Below are positions 56,249 to 64,000 of a DNA stretch of 64,000 nt, in pieces (the first letter of the stretch is position 1; every line of letters begins with the position of its first letter). The position numbers and the translations under genes were made by a program. Origin of the DNA: Terriglobia bacterium (GTDB lineage: Bacteria > Acidobacteriota > Terriglobia > Acidiferrales > UBA7541); contig OY968796.1 in assembly GCA_963695545.1 (NCBI GenBank), positions 2,336,001 to 2,400,000 of the forward strand, written 5' to 3'. The notes beneath the pieces were generated by a model, which was given only the letters and a program-made list of their open reading frames with translations, was not told the DNA's origin and searched no databases.

Positions 56249-57202
56249 GTGAAAGTTCGGCTCTGCTTCCATAACCACTGCTTCGACGGTGCGGCTTCGT
56301 CGGCGGTGTTCATGCGCTTCTATCGCGAGCGCATCGAGGCCAATTCCGAATTCCATTTCACGGGCATGGCGCATCGCGCCTCGGCCCTTTTTGAGGAAGG
56401 CATTTTTGATGGCGATGAAAACGCCATCGTGGATTTCAAATATTCGAGTTCGCCGCGCGTCACCTGGTGGTTCGATCACCACCAGAGCGCGTTTCTGAGT
56501 CCCGCGGACGCCGAGAATTTTCGCCAGGATCATTCCGGCCACAAGTTCTACGACCCTTCGTACAAATCCTGCACCAAGCTGATCGCCAACATCACCAGCG
56601 CGAAATTCGGTTTCAACGCCGCGCCCCTGGCGGAACTCGTGCATTGGGGCGACATTATTGATGGCGCGCAGTTCGCTTCGGCGGAAGTGGCCGTGGCCAT
56701 GCGCGAGCCCGCAACGCAACTGGCTCTGGTGATCGAAGCGGCGCCGGATCCCGAATTGCCGGCGCGGCTGATCCCGGAAATGGCTACCCGCCCGCTGGCC
56801 GAAATCGTCAAGTTGCCGTTTGTCCAGCAGCATCTGGGGCCCCTGCTTGAGCGGCATCGCCGCACCATCGAATTGCTGCGCGAGCGTTCGGAATCGCGCG
56901 GCGGCGTGATTTTCTTCGACGTGAGCGATCTCGATCTCGAGGGCTACAACAAATTTATTCCGTACTTGCTGCACCCCGAGGCGCTCTACACCGTCGGCGT
57001 CAGCGCTTCGCCGACGCGCGCCAAAATTTCGCTCGGCTCGAATCCGTGGAAAGACGAGGCGGCCGAGCAGAATCTGGCCTCGATCGCCGAAGCTCACGGC
57101 GGCGGGGGACATCCACGCGTCGCGGCGATTTCGCTCGAACCCGGCGACATCGAGCGCGCCCGCCGCGTCGCGCGAGAAATCGCCGCCGTGCTGCGCGGCT
57201 AG
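56249..57202 (+). CDS. DHH/DHHA1-family phosphoesterase
   Basis: FDG, IVDF, FDHH, GGGGHP. Confidence 0.85.
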   Translation: MKVRLCFHNHCFDGAASSAVFMRFYRERIEANSEFHFTGMAHRASALFEEGIFDGDENAIVDFKYSSSPRVTWWFDHHQSAFLSPADAENFRQDHSGHKFYDPSYKSCTKLIANITSAKFGFNAAPLAELVHWGDIIDGAQFASAEVAVAMREPATQLALVIEAAPDPELPARLIPEMATRPLAEIVKLPFVQQHLGPLLERHRRTIELLRERSESRGGVIFFDVSDLDLEGYNKFIPYLLHPEALYTVGVSASPTRAKISLGSNPWKDEAAEQNLASIAEAHGGGGHPRVAAISLEPGDIERARRVAREIAAVLRG

Positions 57203-57325
57203 GCTCGGTTTTTCTCCACGCGCCGCTGGACGTTTCGCGCGCCGCGCCGTACTCTCGGAACAGAGTTTTGCGTTCTCGGGCGCGGCGGCAACACCAATGC
57301 TCACGCTGGATGCATCTAACCTCCA

Positions 57326-57433
57326 AATACGCTCCGCGCAGATGATTAGAGCAATGCGCTCCGCGCAGACGATTAAAGCAATGCGCTCCGCGCAGACCGG
57401 TAAAGCAATGCGCTCCGCGCAGAGCGGCCGCTC
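57326..57433 (+). repeat. Four tandem 27-bp repeats
   Basis: AATRCGCTCCGCGCAGA core every 27 nt. Confidence 0.9.
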
Positions 57434-57736
57434 ATGACAACTCCTCCGAGTGAAAAGAATGTCCGCGAACGCCGCTTGAAGATTGCGCAGCCGGTGCGCA
57501 TCCGCGCGGAAGACTTCGGCGATTCGGTGCAGATGGGCGAGACGCTGAACATGACGCGCAGCGGGCTGTACGTGGTCTGCCCGGAGAGTCCTTATCACAT
57601 CGGCATGCACGTTCACTTGATCCTCGGCTATCGTACGGGCGACCCGGTGCAGCACGAATGGTTGGCAGAGGTGCTCCGGATTGAGCGCCTGGAAGACGCG
57701 CGCTGGGGCATCGCGATGAAAATTCTGCTCCGATAG
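57434..57736 (+). CDS. PilZ-domain-like protein
   Basis: RERR near the N-terminus and NMTRSG (D/NxSxxG-like) motif; beta-rich 100 aa. Confidence 0.65.
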   Translation: MTTPPSEKNVRERRLKIAQPVRIRAEDFGDSVQMGETLNMTRSGLYVVCPESPYHIGMHVHLILGYRTGDPVQHEWLAEVLRIERLEDARWGIAMKILLR

Positions 57737-57763
57737 TGGCGCCAGCAGGGCCGACGTCTGGCA

Positions 57764-58083
57764 CCCCCCTCCCCCCGGTGTTTTTTGGAAGTGTTGAATC
57801 TAAACGACTTTAAATCCTTATTCCCAGAACTGCTCATTCTAAAGGACTTTAAGTCCTTATCGGCAGAACTGCTCATTCTAGTTGACTTAAAGCCATTAAT
57901 AATGAGCGAGATGTGGGTTTGCACAAAAATCATGGAAGTGTGGATTCTAAAAGAGTTGTGGGCGCGGAGATGCAGAAATGCGCCATTTATGGGGTGTTTT
58001 GGGAGGCGTGGATGTTTGCAAATCACGCCGAATCATAGCACATTTATACTAGACGCGTCAATATAACTTTTGAGTTATTCGAA
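57764..58083. repeat. Dispersed non-coding element, copy C, with 39-bp tandem units
   Basis: CCCCCCGGTGTTTTTTG left end; units at 57788, 57827, 57866, 57935; right end CGTCAA..TTGAGTTATTCGAA. Confidence 0.75.
58032..58061 (-). promoter_or_regulatory. Sigma70-type promoter inside copy C
   Basis: Minus strand TTGACG-N18-TATGAT with TG extended -10. Confidence 0.62.
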
Positions 58084-58264
58084 TAGACCGTGGGGAGGAT
58101 TGGTTCGAAGAGTTGTTTCGAAACGCCGGATTTGCGACGCCCCAGCGAGCCTCGCGCGAACTTGTGGCGCGCGCCGGCATCGGTGACGATTGGGTGCGCG
58201 GGCGTCGAACGCAAATCGCGACCTTCATGCCATTACTTCCGACGTGTTATGATTTCTGGCTCGT

Positions 58265-58339
<75 letters not shown>

Positions 58340-58534
58340 CTTAACTCTTTTTCAAATCGAGAGTTACAGTGGATTTTCTTCCCGCAATCAAAAGACGTTG
58401 ATTTCGGTTGTGCCCAATTTTGTGCCCGCCTGCATTCGCTACGGTCTGCGATGGTTTTCCGGCCAGCTTTGAGAATGCACGATCGATCGCATTGTTCTGC
58501 GGATGCACGCACCGCCGAGTCATCGCAAGCGACG

Positions 58535-59236
58535 TCATCTGTGGACCCGTTTGAAGTCGAAATAAGCCAGATTCATGTTGCCGTTCGTCAATATGTGCAC
58601 GGTGACAACGTTTTTCCCTTTGTTGAGGCGAACTTTGAAAAGTTGCGGCGCCAGATTCCAGTGGTGCCACTGGCGCCAGGCCACCGGCTCCGCAGGATCA
58701 TTTGTAGAGATGATCTCCAGAGGCCCTGTCGCATCCTTTCCATTCACATCAACGGATATTGTTCCGCCGCGATTCGATGTGTACAAGAGATCGGCCGCGT
58801 ACGTTCCCGAATGTGTCACATCTACAGTGATGTTGAACCACTCTCCGGGTTCGGTCCAGCCAACATAGAGCAGGTCTGCAGGAGGAACAACCTTGTCGAA
58901 CGGGTTGTCGTCAATCGCGGTTGGCTGGCGGTGAAACTTCGTGTAGGAAGTATCCACTCCCTCATGCATACGAAATTCGTTGAGGTAGGTCCCATCGGCC
59001 GGGTTCAACTCTCCGCTGCCGTGATTCTCTGGATCGCTGTCGTGATACGCGATCCCTTCGCCGCCCAGGTCATAATAGGCGCACAATACGCGTCCCGGTA
59101 TTTTTTGTGCGCCGCCCTGGTACTGGCTGTCGTGATAGGGCAGACCTTTATACTGGCTCAAGAATGATTGGGAAAACGCGATTGCCGGTAGCATCGAAGC
59201 CGCTACGAAGCATAAGAACAACACTTTCCGGTTCAT
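58535..59236 (-). CDS. Secreted carbohydrate-binding (CBM6-like) protein
   Basis: Signal peptide; YDLGGEGIAYHDSD, VGWTEPGEW, GNMNLAYFDF. Confidence 0.78.
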   Translation of the reverse strand: MNRKVLFLCFVAASMLPAIAFSQSFLSQYKGLPYHDSQYQGGAQKIPGRVLCAYYDLGGEGIAYHDSDPENHGSGELNPADGTYLNEFRMHEGVDTSYTKFHRQPTAIDDNPFDKVVPPADLLYVGWTEPGEWFNITVDVTHSGTYAADLLYTSNRGGTISVDVNGKDATGPLEIISTNDPAEPVAWRQWHHWNLAPQLFKVRLNKGKNVVTVHILTNGNMNLAYFDFKRVHR

Positions 59237-59322
59237 CCTGCCTCCCTGAGTAGCGGTAGCCTGTCTGCAGTTGCGCAACTCCAGCAATCAGCGGTAGCGA
59301 CGGCTCACGCAGGCTCCGAACT

Positions 59323-60564
59323 TCAGACTTGGAAAAGTTCGATGCCGCGCGCTTTCCCGAGATTGCGCGAGTACTTCTTGTCTGTCCCATTATTCCAATG
59401 TTCATGTACGCCAAGGCTGCGGCAGCGGATACCGTCGCGTTCGGGATCATAGAAAGTCTTCGAAGGTGGGTCATTCGCCAAGGCAGATTCGCGCAGGTAG
59501 TTATCGGCATTCGCGATATCCGGAAGATCGGACCATTCCGAAGTGAGAAAATCGAAGCCGACGGAATCGATCGCTACGCCGTCAGACGACATAAAAATGC
59601 TGCTCGGCCAAGCATCGTTGAATGGCGCCATCTTCCACTTGCGATGAGGCGGACCATCCGCGTTGTCGCTACCATAGAGCCCATCAACAATAAAAAGGAC
59701 GGTTTTCTCGCCGAGGTCTTTATGACCCAAATAATCTGTGAAGGCAGCATAGCTTGCCGATCCATCGCTGTTGTGATGGAACCCGTCGTGCGCGTTCTTG
59801 TGCCAGTCGGGGTTGATACTCGTAGCGCCGAAGAGATTCTTCGCGCAGAGTGTCACCCCTGAACTCACATGCCCTTTCAATAGGGCAGCATCGATTAAGT
59901 AGGTGGCCTCAACCACCGTGGTGTCGAGTCCCTTGGCGTTGCGGCTTTCGACTGAGAAAGGAATCGCGTTGGCTTTGAACTCGGCCATCACTCGTCCATC
60001 CCCCCCGACATGGTCCACAAACGTGACGCCGGGAAATTCATGGTGAATCTTGTCGTAAAGATTGCCCGGGATGAATCGGCTGGAATCGAAGATGGCGATC
60101 AATGATTCCGGCACTCGTCCCGGGCCGGTCAACTGTCGGACGAGCGAAAGGATCAATTGGGGCGAGGAGTTCAGCCGTTCGATCGTGCCATGGTCCGTTG
60201 TGTTGTTCAGGTTCGGCTTAATCGCGATTTTTTCGCCCGTCCTGTATCCATGGTTGCCGCGACCGTGAGTGCCATTGAAGTATTGAAAGATGGAGTTCCA
60301 TGCGTGGGCGTCGCTTTTTTGATTCGTAAGACCCCGAATGGATCGGGAAACCATGCGGTCGATTGCAGACTGGTTATTGTTGGCATCGGTCCACCACGAA
60401 CCTGTGCCATCCCAGGTCACAGCCGCCGGATCGTGCGCCCAAGTGACTCGGCCGGGAACGATGCCGCGGGGAACTCCTAATGGGGAAAGCGGCTCGAATA
60501 AGGAGGGCCTCAGGTAGGTGGCAGCTGCAAGTGTCAGGGCGAATTGTCGGCGCGTCATGTCCAT
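59323..60564 (-). CDS. DUF362-like protein with twin-arginine-type signal
   Basis: MTRRQF; KIAIKPNLN, LKGH...VTLCAKNLFG, DGVAIDSV. Confidence 0.75.
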   Translation of the reverse strand: MDMTRRQFALTLAAATYLRPSLFEPLSPLGVPRGIVPGRVTWAHDPAAVTWDGTGSWWTDANNNQSAIDRMVSRSIRGLTNQKSDAHAWNSIFQYFNGTHGRGNHGYRTGEKIAIKPNLNNTTDHGTIERLNSSPQLILSLVRQLTGPGRVPESLIAIFDSSRFIPGNLYDKIHHEFPGVTFVDHVGGDGRVMAEFKANAIPFSVESRNAKGLDTTVVEATYLIDAALLKGHVSSGVTLCAKNLFGATSINPDWHKNAHDGFHHNSDGSASYAAFTDYLGHKDLGEKTVLFIVDGLYGSDNADGPPHRKWKMAPFNDAWPSSIFMSSDGVAIDSVGFDFLTSEWSDLPDIANADNYLRESALANDPPSKTFYDPERDGIRCRSLGVHEHWNNGTDKKYSRNLGKARGIELFQV

Positions 60565-61004
60565 TGTGACCCGCTCCTCTCGCACAAAATCTCGGAGTTG
60601 CGTGAATCAATTTGCCTGAAAGCGCAGAAACCGCCACCGCCGCCGCCGCTTCACAGGCAGCACCGTCTTGGGTTGGAGACCGGCAGTTGCAGCGCCGGAC
60701 CCTTGAACTGCCCAGTGAATTGTACCTGACGACGCATGTACAATCCGCAACTAGAATGGCCGCGAACTCCCCAGGCGGGGATGGTATATGTGACTTTCCA
60801 GAACGGGGCGAAGAAGGCAGCCGGCGATGAAAGCGCCGGGTAAGGTGACTTTCATAGACACGCCAATAGTGCCAACACTGGGGTATTCGGTTTGGCGGAA
60901 CATTTGATCACTCGGTTGCGTCTCACTCTATGGTCGGCGCTGCGTCTAAAGTTTAATCGGGCCATCTCGAATCACATTTGCGCGCGGAGCATACGGTCAA
61001 CGGC

Positions 61005-63434
61005 GTGAAGAACCTTTGGCGTGACATTCGTTTTGGCTTTCGACTGCTCAGGAAGAATCCGGGGTTTGCCCTGGTCGCCGTACTGGCGCTCGCGCTGGGC
61101 ATTGGCGCGAACACCGCGATTTACAGCATCGTTTACGCCACTCTATTTGAATCCATGCCTTATCCCCATCCCGAGCAACTTGTGATGGTGTGGTCGAAAA
61201 TACAAGGAGGCCGGAACGTAGTTTCCGCCGGCGACTACCTTGACTGGAAAAACGAGAGCACTGTTTTCCAGAGCTTGGGGGCGTGGAGCTCCGAGAGTGT
61301 GAACCTGGGGACTTCCAGCCGACCGGAGCAGGTGCAAGCGAGCGAAATCACGCCGGGCTTTACCACGATGATGAGAGGATCGCTCTTATTGGGACGCGAT
61401 TTCCTGCCTGAGGAGGGCGAGGTTGGCAGGAACCATGTCGCCATTCTCACCTACAGTTTGTGGATGGATCGTTTCGCGGGCGACCGCGGCATCGTCGGCC
61501 GGACAGTTCCGATGAACGGCGAGCCTTACACGATTGTCGGCGTCTTCACCCCTGGCGTTGCCGACCGCGGGCGAGAGAAGCTTTCCGTGCCGCTGGCCTT
61601 CAAACCCGAACAAATCAATCACGATTTTCATTGGTTGTATGTCATGGGGCGCCTGAAACCGGGAGTAACCATTGCGCAGGCGAACGCCGATATGGACCGC
61701 GTGACGCACCATATCGCGGAGGTTTACCCGAAATCGGATCAAGGCTGGGGCGCCAGCGTCGAGTTGCTCAAGAACGACTTCTTGGACCGCGACGTGATTC
61801 GGGCACTGTGGCTGCTGTTGGGCGCGGTTGGATTCGTACTGCTGATCGCCTGTGCCAACGTGGCGAATTTGCAGCTCGCTCGAGCGACCACACGCCGGAA
61901 GGAAATCGCCGTGCGTGCGTCCGTAGGCGCAACGCGGTGGCAGATATTCCGGCAGTTTCTGGCCGAGAGCTTGGTCTTGGCGTTCATCGGAGGGATCGCA
62001 GGCGTCGCGCTGGCCTGGGTTCTGTTGAAAATTATTATAGCGATGATGCCGCCATTCACGCTCCCGTATGAAGCGGACGTGCGGCTGAGCGTGCCGGTTC
62101 TGCTGTTCACTGTCGCGGCCACTGCACTGGCGGGATTGCTGTTTGGATGCGTTCCGGCTTGGCAGGCCTCGCGGCTGAATCTTAACGACGTGCTGAAGGA
62201 GGGCGGCGGCCGGTCCTCGGTAGGTGGTAGCCGGCATGGGTTGCGCCGCATCCTCGTTGTTAGCGAGTTCGCGCTGGCGCTTACCTTGCTGGCCGGCGGC
62301 GGAATCGCGCTGCACAGCCTGTGGAACGTCGAGCACGTGGACCTGGGCTTTCGCACCGACCATCTGCTTACCTTCTCTCTTCCCGTTCCGGAGGGCCAGC
62401 TTACCGATCCACAACAGATCGACTCGTTCTATCGCCAGCTTTTGGACAGAATAAATGGCCTTCCAGGGGTATCGGCGGCCTCTGCCTCCACGGGCATGCC
62501 GCTCATGGGCACGAGTTTCGGCATGCCCTTTCAAATTGCGGGGAAAGAAGTTGATGATCTATCGAAGCGTCCGGGCGCCGGTTTCAATATGGTGAGTCCG
62601 GGATTCTTCCAGGCGTTTGGCATCCGCATGGACCAGGGGCGCTCATTCACGGATCAGGATTTGGCCGGCGGCGCTCCCGTGGCCGTGGTGAATGAGGTAT
62701 TCGCGAAGCGTTATTTTTCCGGCGTCGATCCGTTGACGCAGCGCATCCTCGTCGAGCAGTTGATTCCGGGCGTCACCAAGCTGGGCCCGACCATCGAATG
62801 GCAAATCGTCGGCGTCTACCATAACGTCCACAATGGCGGTCCCAGGGGAGAAGGCTTTCCCGAGATTGATGTGCCCTTTTGGCAGAGCCCGTGGCCACAA
62901 GCCATGATCGCCGTGCGCGCATCCGTCGATCCAGCCACGTTGAGCAAAAGCATTTCGGATATCGTCTTATCCATGAATCCCAATCTGCCTCTCGCGGATG
63001 TCAAGACGATGGATCAAATCAAAGACGAATCCATGGCCGGAGACCGATTTGGCGCGTTCCTGTTTGGAGGCTTCGCCGGAATGGCGCTGCTTCTTGCGGC
63101 GCTGGGGATTTACGGCGTGATGTCGTTTGCGGTGGCGCAGAGAACGCATGAGATCGGATTGCGCATGGCGCTTGGCGCCGGGCGCGGCGGTGTCCTTGCG
63201 CTGATTTTAAAAGAGGGCATGATCTTGTCCGGCGTGGGACTCGTCCTTGGCCTTGCCGGCGCCTATGGCGTCGGCCGAACGATGCACGGAATGTTCTACG
63301 ACGTCGGCACGATCGACCCCGCCGCGTTCGGCGCCGTGGCCTTCATTCTGATCCTCGCGGCGCTCCTGGCGTGCATCATCCCGGCGCATCGCGCGACCCA
63401 AGTCGATCCGATGCAAGCCCTCCGCGACGAATGA
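61005..63434 (+). CDS. Duplicated ABC permease (acidobacterial ADOP / MacB-FtsX type)
   Basis: DIRFGFRLLRKNPGF, LALGIGANTAI, LLIACANVANL, RTHEIGLRMALGA, PAHRATQVDPMQALR. Confidence 0.93.
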   Translation: MKNLWRDIRFGFRLLRKNPGFALVAVLALALGIGANTAIYSIVYATLFESMPYPHPEQLVMVWSKIQGGRNVVSAGDYLDWKNESTVFQSLGAWSSESVNLGTSSRPEQVQASEITPGFTTMMRGSLLLGRDFLPEEGEVGRNHVAILTYSLWMDRFAGDRGIVGRTVPMNGEPYTIVGVFTPGVADRGREKLSVPLAFKPEQINHDFHWLYVMGRLKPGVTIAQANADMDRVTHHIAEVYPKSDQGWGASVELLKNDFLDRDVIRALWLLLGAVGFVLLIACANVANLQLARATTRRKEIAVRASVGATRWQIFRQFLAESLVLAFIGGIAGVALAWVLLKIIIAMMPPFTLPYEADVRLSVPVLLFTVAATALAGLLFGCVPAWQASRLNLNDVLKEGGGRSSVGGSRHGLRRILVVSEFALALTLLAGGGIALHSLWNVEHVDLGFRTDHLLTFSLPVPEGQLTDPQQIDSFYRQLLDRINGLPGVSAASASTGMPLMGTSFGMPFQIAGKEVDDLSKRPGAGFNMVSPGFFQAFGIRMDQGRSFTDQDLAGGAPVAVVNEVFAKRYFSGVDPLTQRILVEQLIPGVTKLGPTIEWQIVGVYHNVHNGGPRGEGFPEIDVPFWQSPWPQAMIAVRASVDPATLSKSISDIVLSMNPNLPLADVKTMDQIKDESMAGDRFGAFLFGGFAGMALLLAALGIYGVMSFAVAQRTHEIGLRMALGAGRGGVLALILKEGMILSGVGLVLGLAGAYGVGRTMHGMFYDVGTIDPAAFGAVAFILILAALLACIIPAHRATQVDPMQALRDE

Positions 63435-63499
63435 CGAGCCTCGGTAAGACGGTGGTAATCGCGCCAAAGGTGGTCCAAAATGACGGAAGGGGGATCACT

Positions 63500-64000
63500 T
63501 TGAAACTCGCGCGGACAACGTTGACAGCCGCAATCGGAATCCTGTTCTGCGCAGCATTTGCTGCGGCGCAGGCCACTCCTGTCCAGCTGTGGATTACGAC
63601 ATCCGACGATGCGGGCATAGTGAAAGGACTGGAGCAACAACCGGATCTGGCGTTCGGCGCGGACAGCAACACCGCCGAAGCCGTGATCAACCTGGACGAC
63701 ACGAAGCAGTTTCAAACAATGGTCGGCGGTGGCGCGTCTTTCACCGACGGAGCAGCCTGGCTGATCAACGAAAAATTGTCGCCCGTGCAGCGCGACGAAG
63801 TGATGCGGCGGCTCTTCGATCCGCACGAGGGAATCGGGTTGAGCTTTCTTCGCAACCCGATGGGATCCTCCGACCTCACGCGCAAGTGGTATACCTACGA
63901 TGACGACGCAAGCGATGCGACTGATCCCAGCCTGCCGCATTTCAGCATCGATCACGATCGCGCCGACGTGCTGCCCTTGACGCAATGGGCGCGCCGTTTG
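63500..64000 (+). CDS. Glycoside hydrolase family 30 protein, 3' truncated (TTG start; alternative ATG at 63431)
   Basis: Manual translation: signal peptide, FQTMVGGGASFTD, GIGLSFLRNPMGSSD, YTYDD, FSIDHD. Confidence 0.85.
   Translation, partial: MKLARTTLTAAIGILFCAAFAAAQATPVQLWITTSDDAGIVKGLEQQPDLAFGADSNTAEAVINLDDTKQFQTMVGGGASFTDGAAWLINEKLSPVQRDEVMRRLFDPHEGIGLSFLRNPMGSSDLTRKWYTYDDDASDATDPSLPHFSIDHDRADVLPLTQWARRL

Noticed and set aside
57326..57958. CRISPR interpretation of the 27-bp and 39-bp repeats
   Set aside because: No unique spacers of CRISPR length, degenerate units, and no cas genes in the window.
57785..58066. 93-aa ORF with 13-aa LRR-like repeats
   Set aside because: No RBS, AT-rich, and copies A and B keep the DNA motifs without an equivalent frame; treated as a by-product of the DNA repeat, though not formally excluded.
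60600..60960. Short ORFs between the DUF362-like and permease genes
   Set aside because: No recognisable motifs or RBS; cannot support a gene or pseudogene call.

Overview
High-GC bacterial chromosomal segment, most likely Acidobacteriota. This assignment is inferred from the RpoA N-terminus [11 protein letters not shown], an Oar-type TonB-dependent receptor and a duplicated orphan ABC permease. 1-19.7 kb is the fusA-tuf-S10-spc-alpha ribosomal supercluster. It is followed by vanZ-like/guaB, a YheT hydrolase, a sigma54-type promoter-driven TonB-dependent receptor, small hypothetical/regulatory genes, secA, mrp, hisS-aspS-mutL-cmk, DUF885, and rho-lon-clpX-clpP-tig. After that come a hicBA/glycosidase/MFS islet at tRNA-Leu, two Zn-ribbon membrane proteins, DHH and PilZ-like genes, tRNA-Lys and a carbohydrate-related accessory region. 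Ten single-base insertions break rpsN, rpsE, rplO, secY and lon; these are probably assembly errors. Most notable: (1) three copies (~23.0, 33.3, 57.8 kb) of an unnamed 310-390 bp non-coding element with conserved non-inverted ends, an inward-facing sigma70-type promoter and arrays of a ~23-bp AT-rich motif; (2) an extra basic Cys/His ORF between rplB and rpsS; (3) a ~100-aa insertion in HisS and two insertions in EF-G; (4) a Rieske-like protein lacking all four cluster ligands; (5) a 27-bp tandem-repeat micro-ORF coupled to the PilZ-like gene. All calls were made by eye, without database searches.
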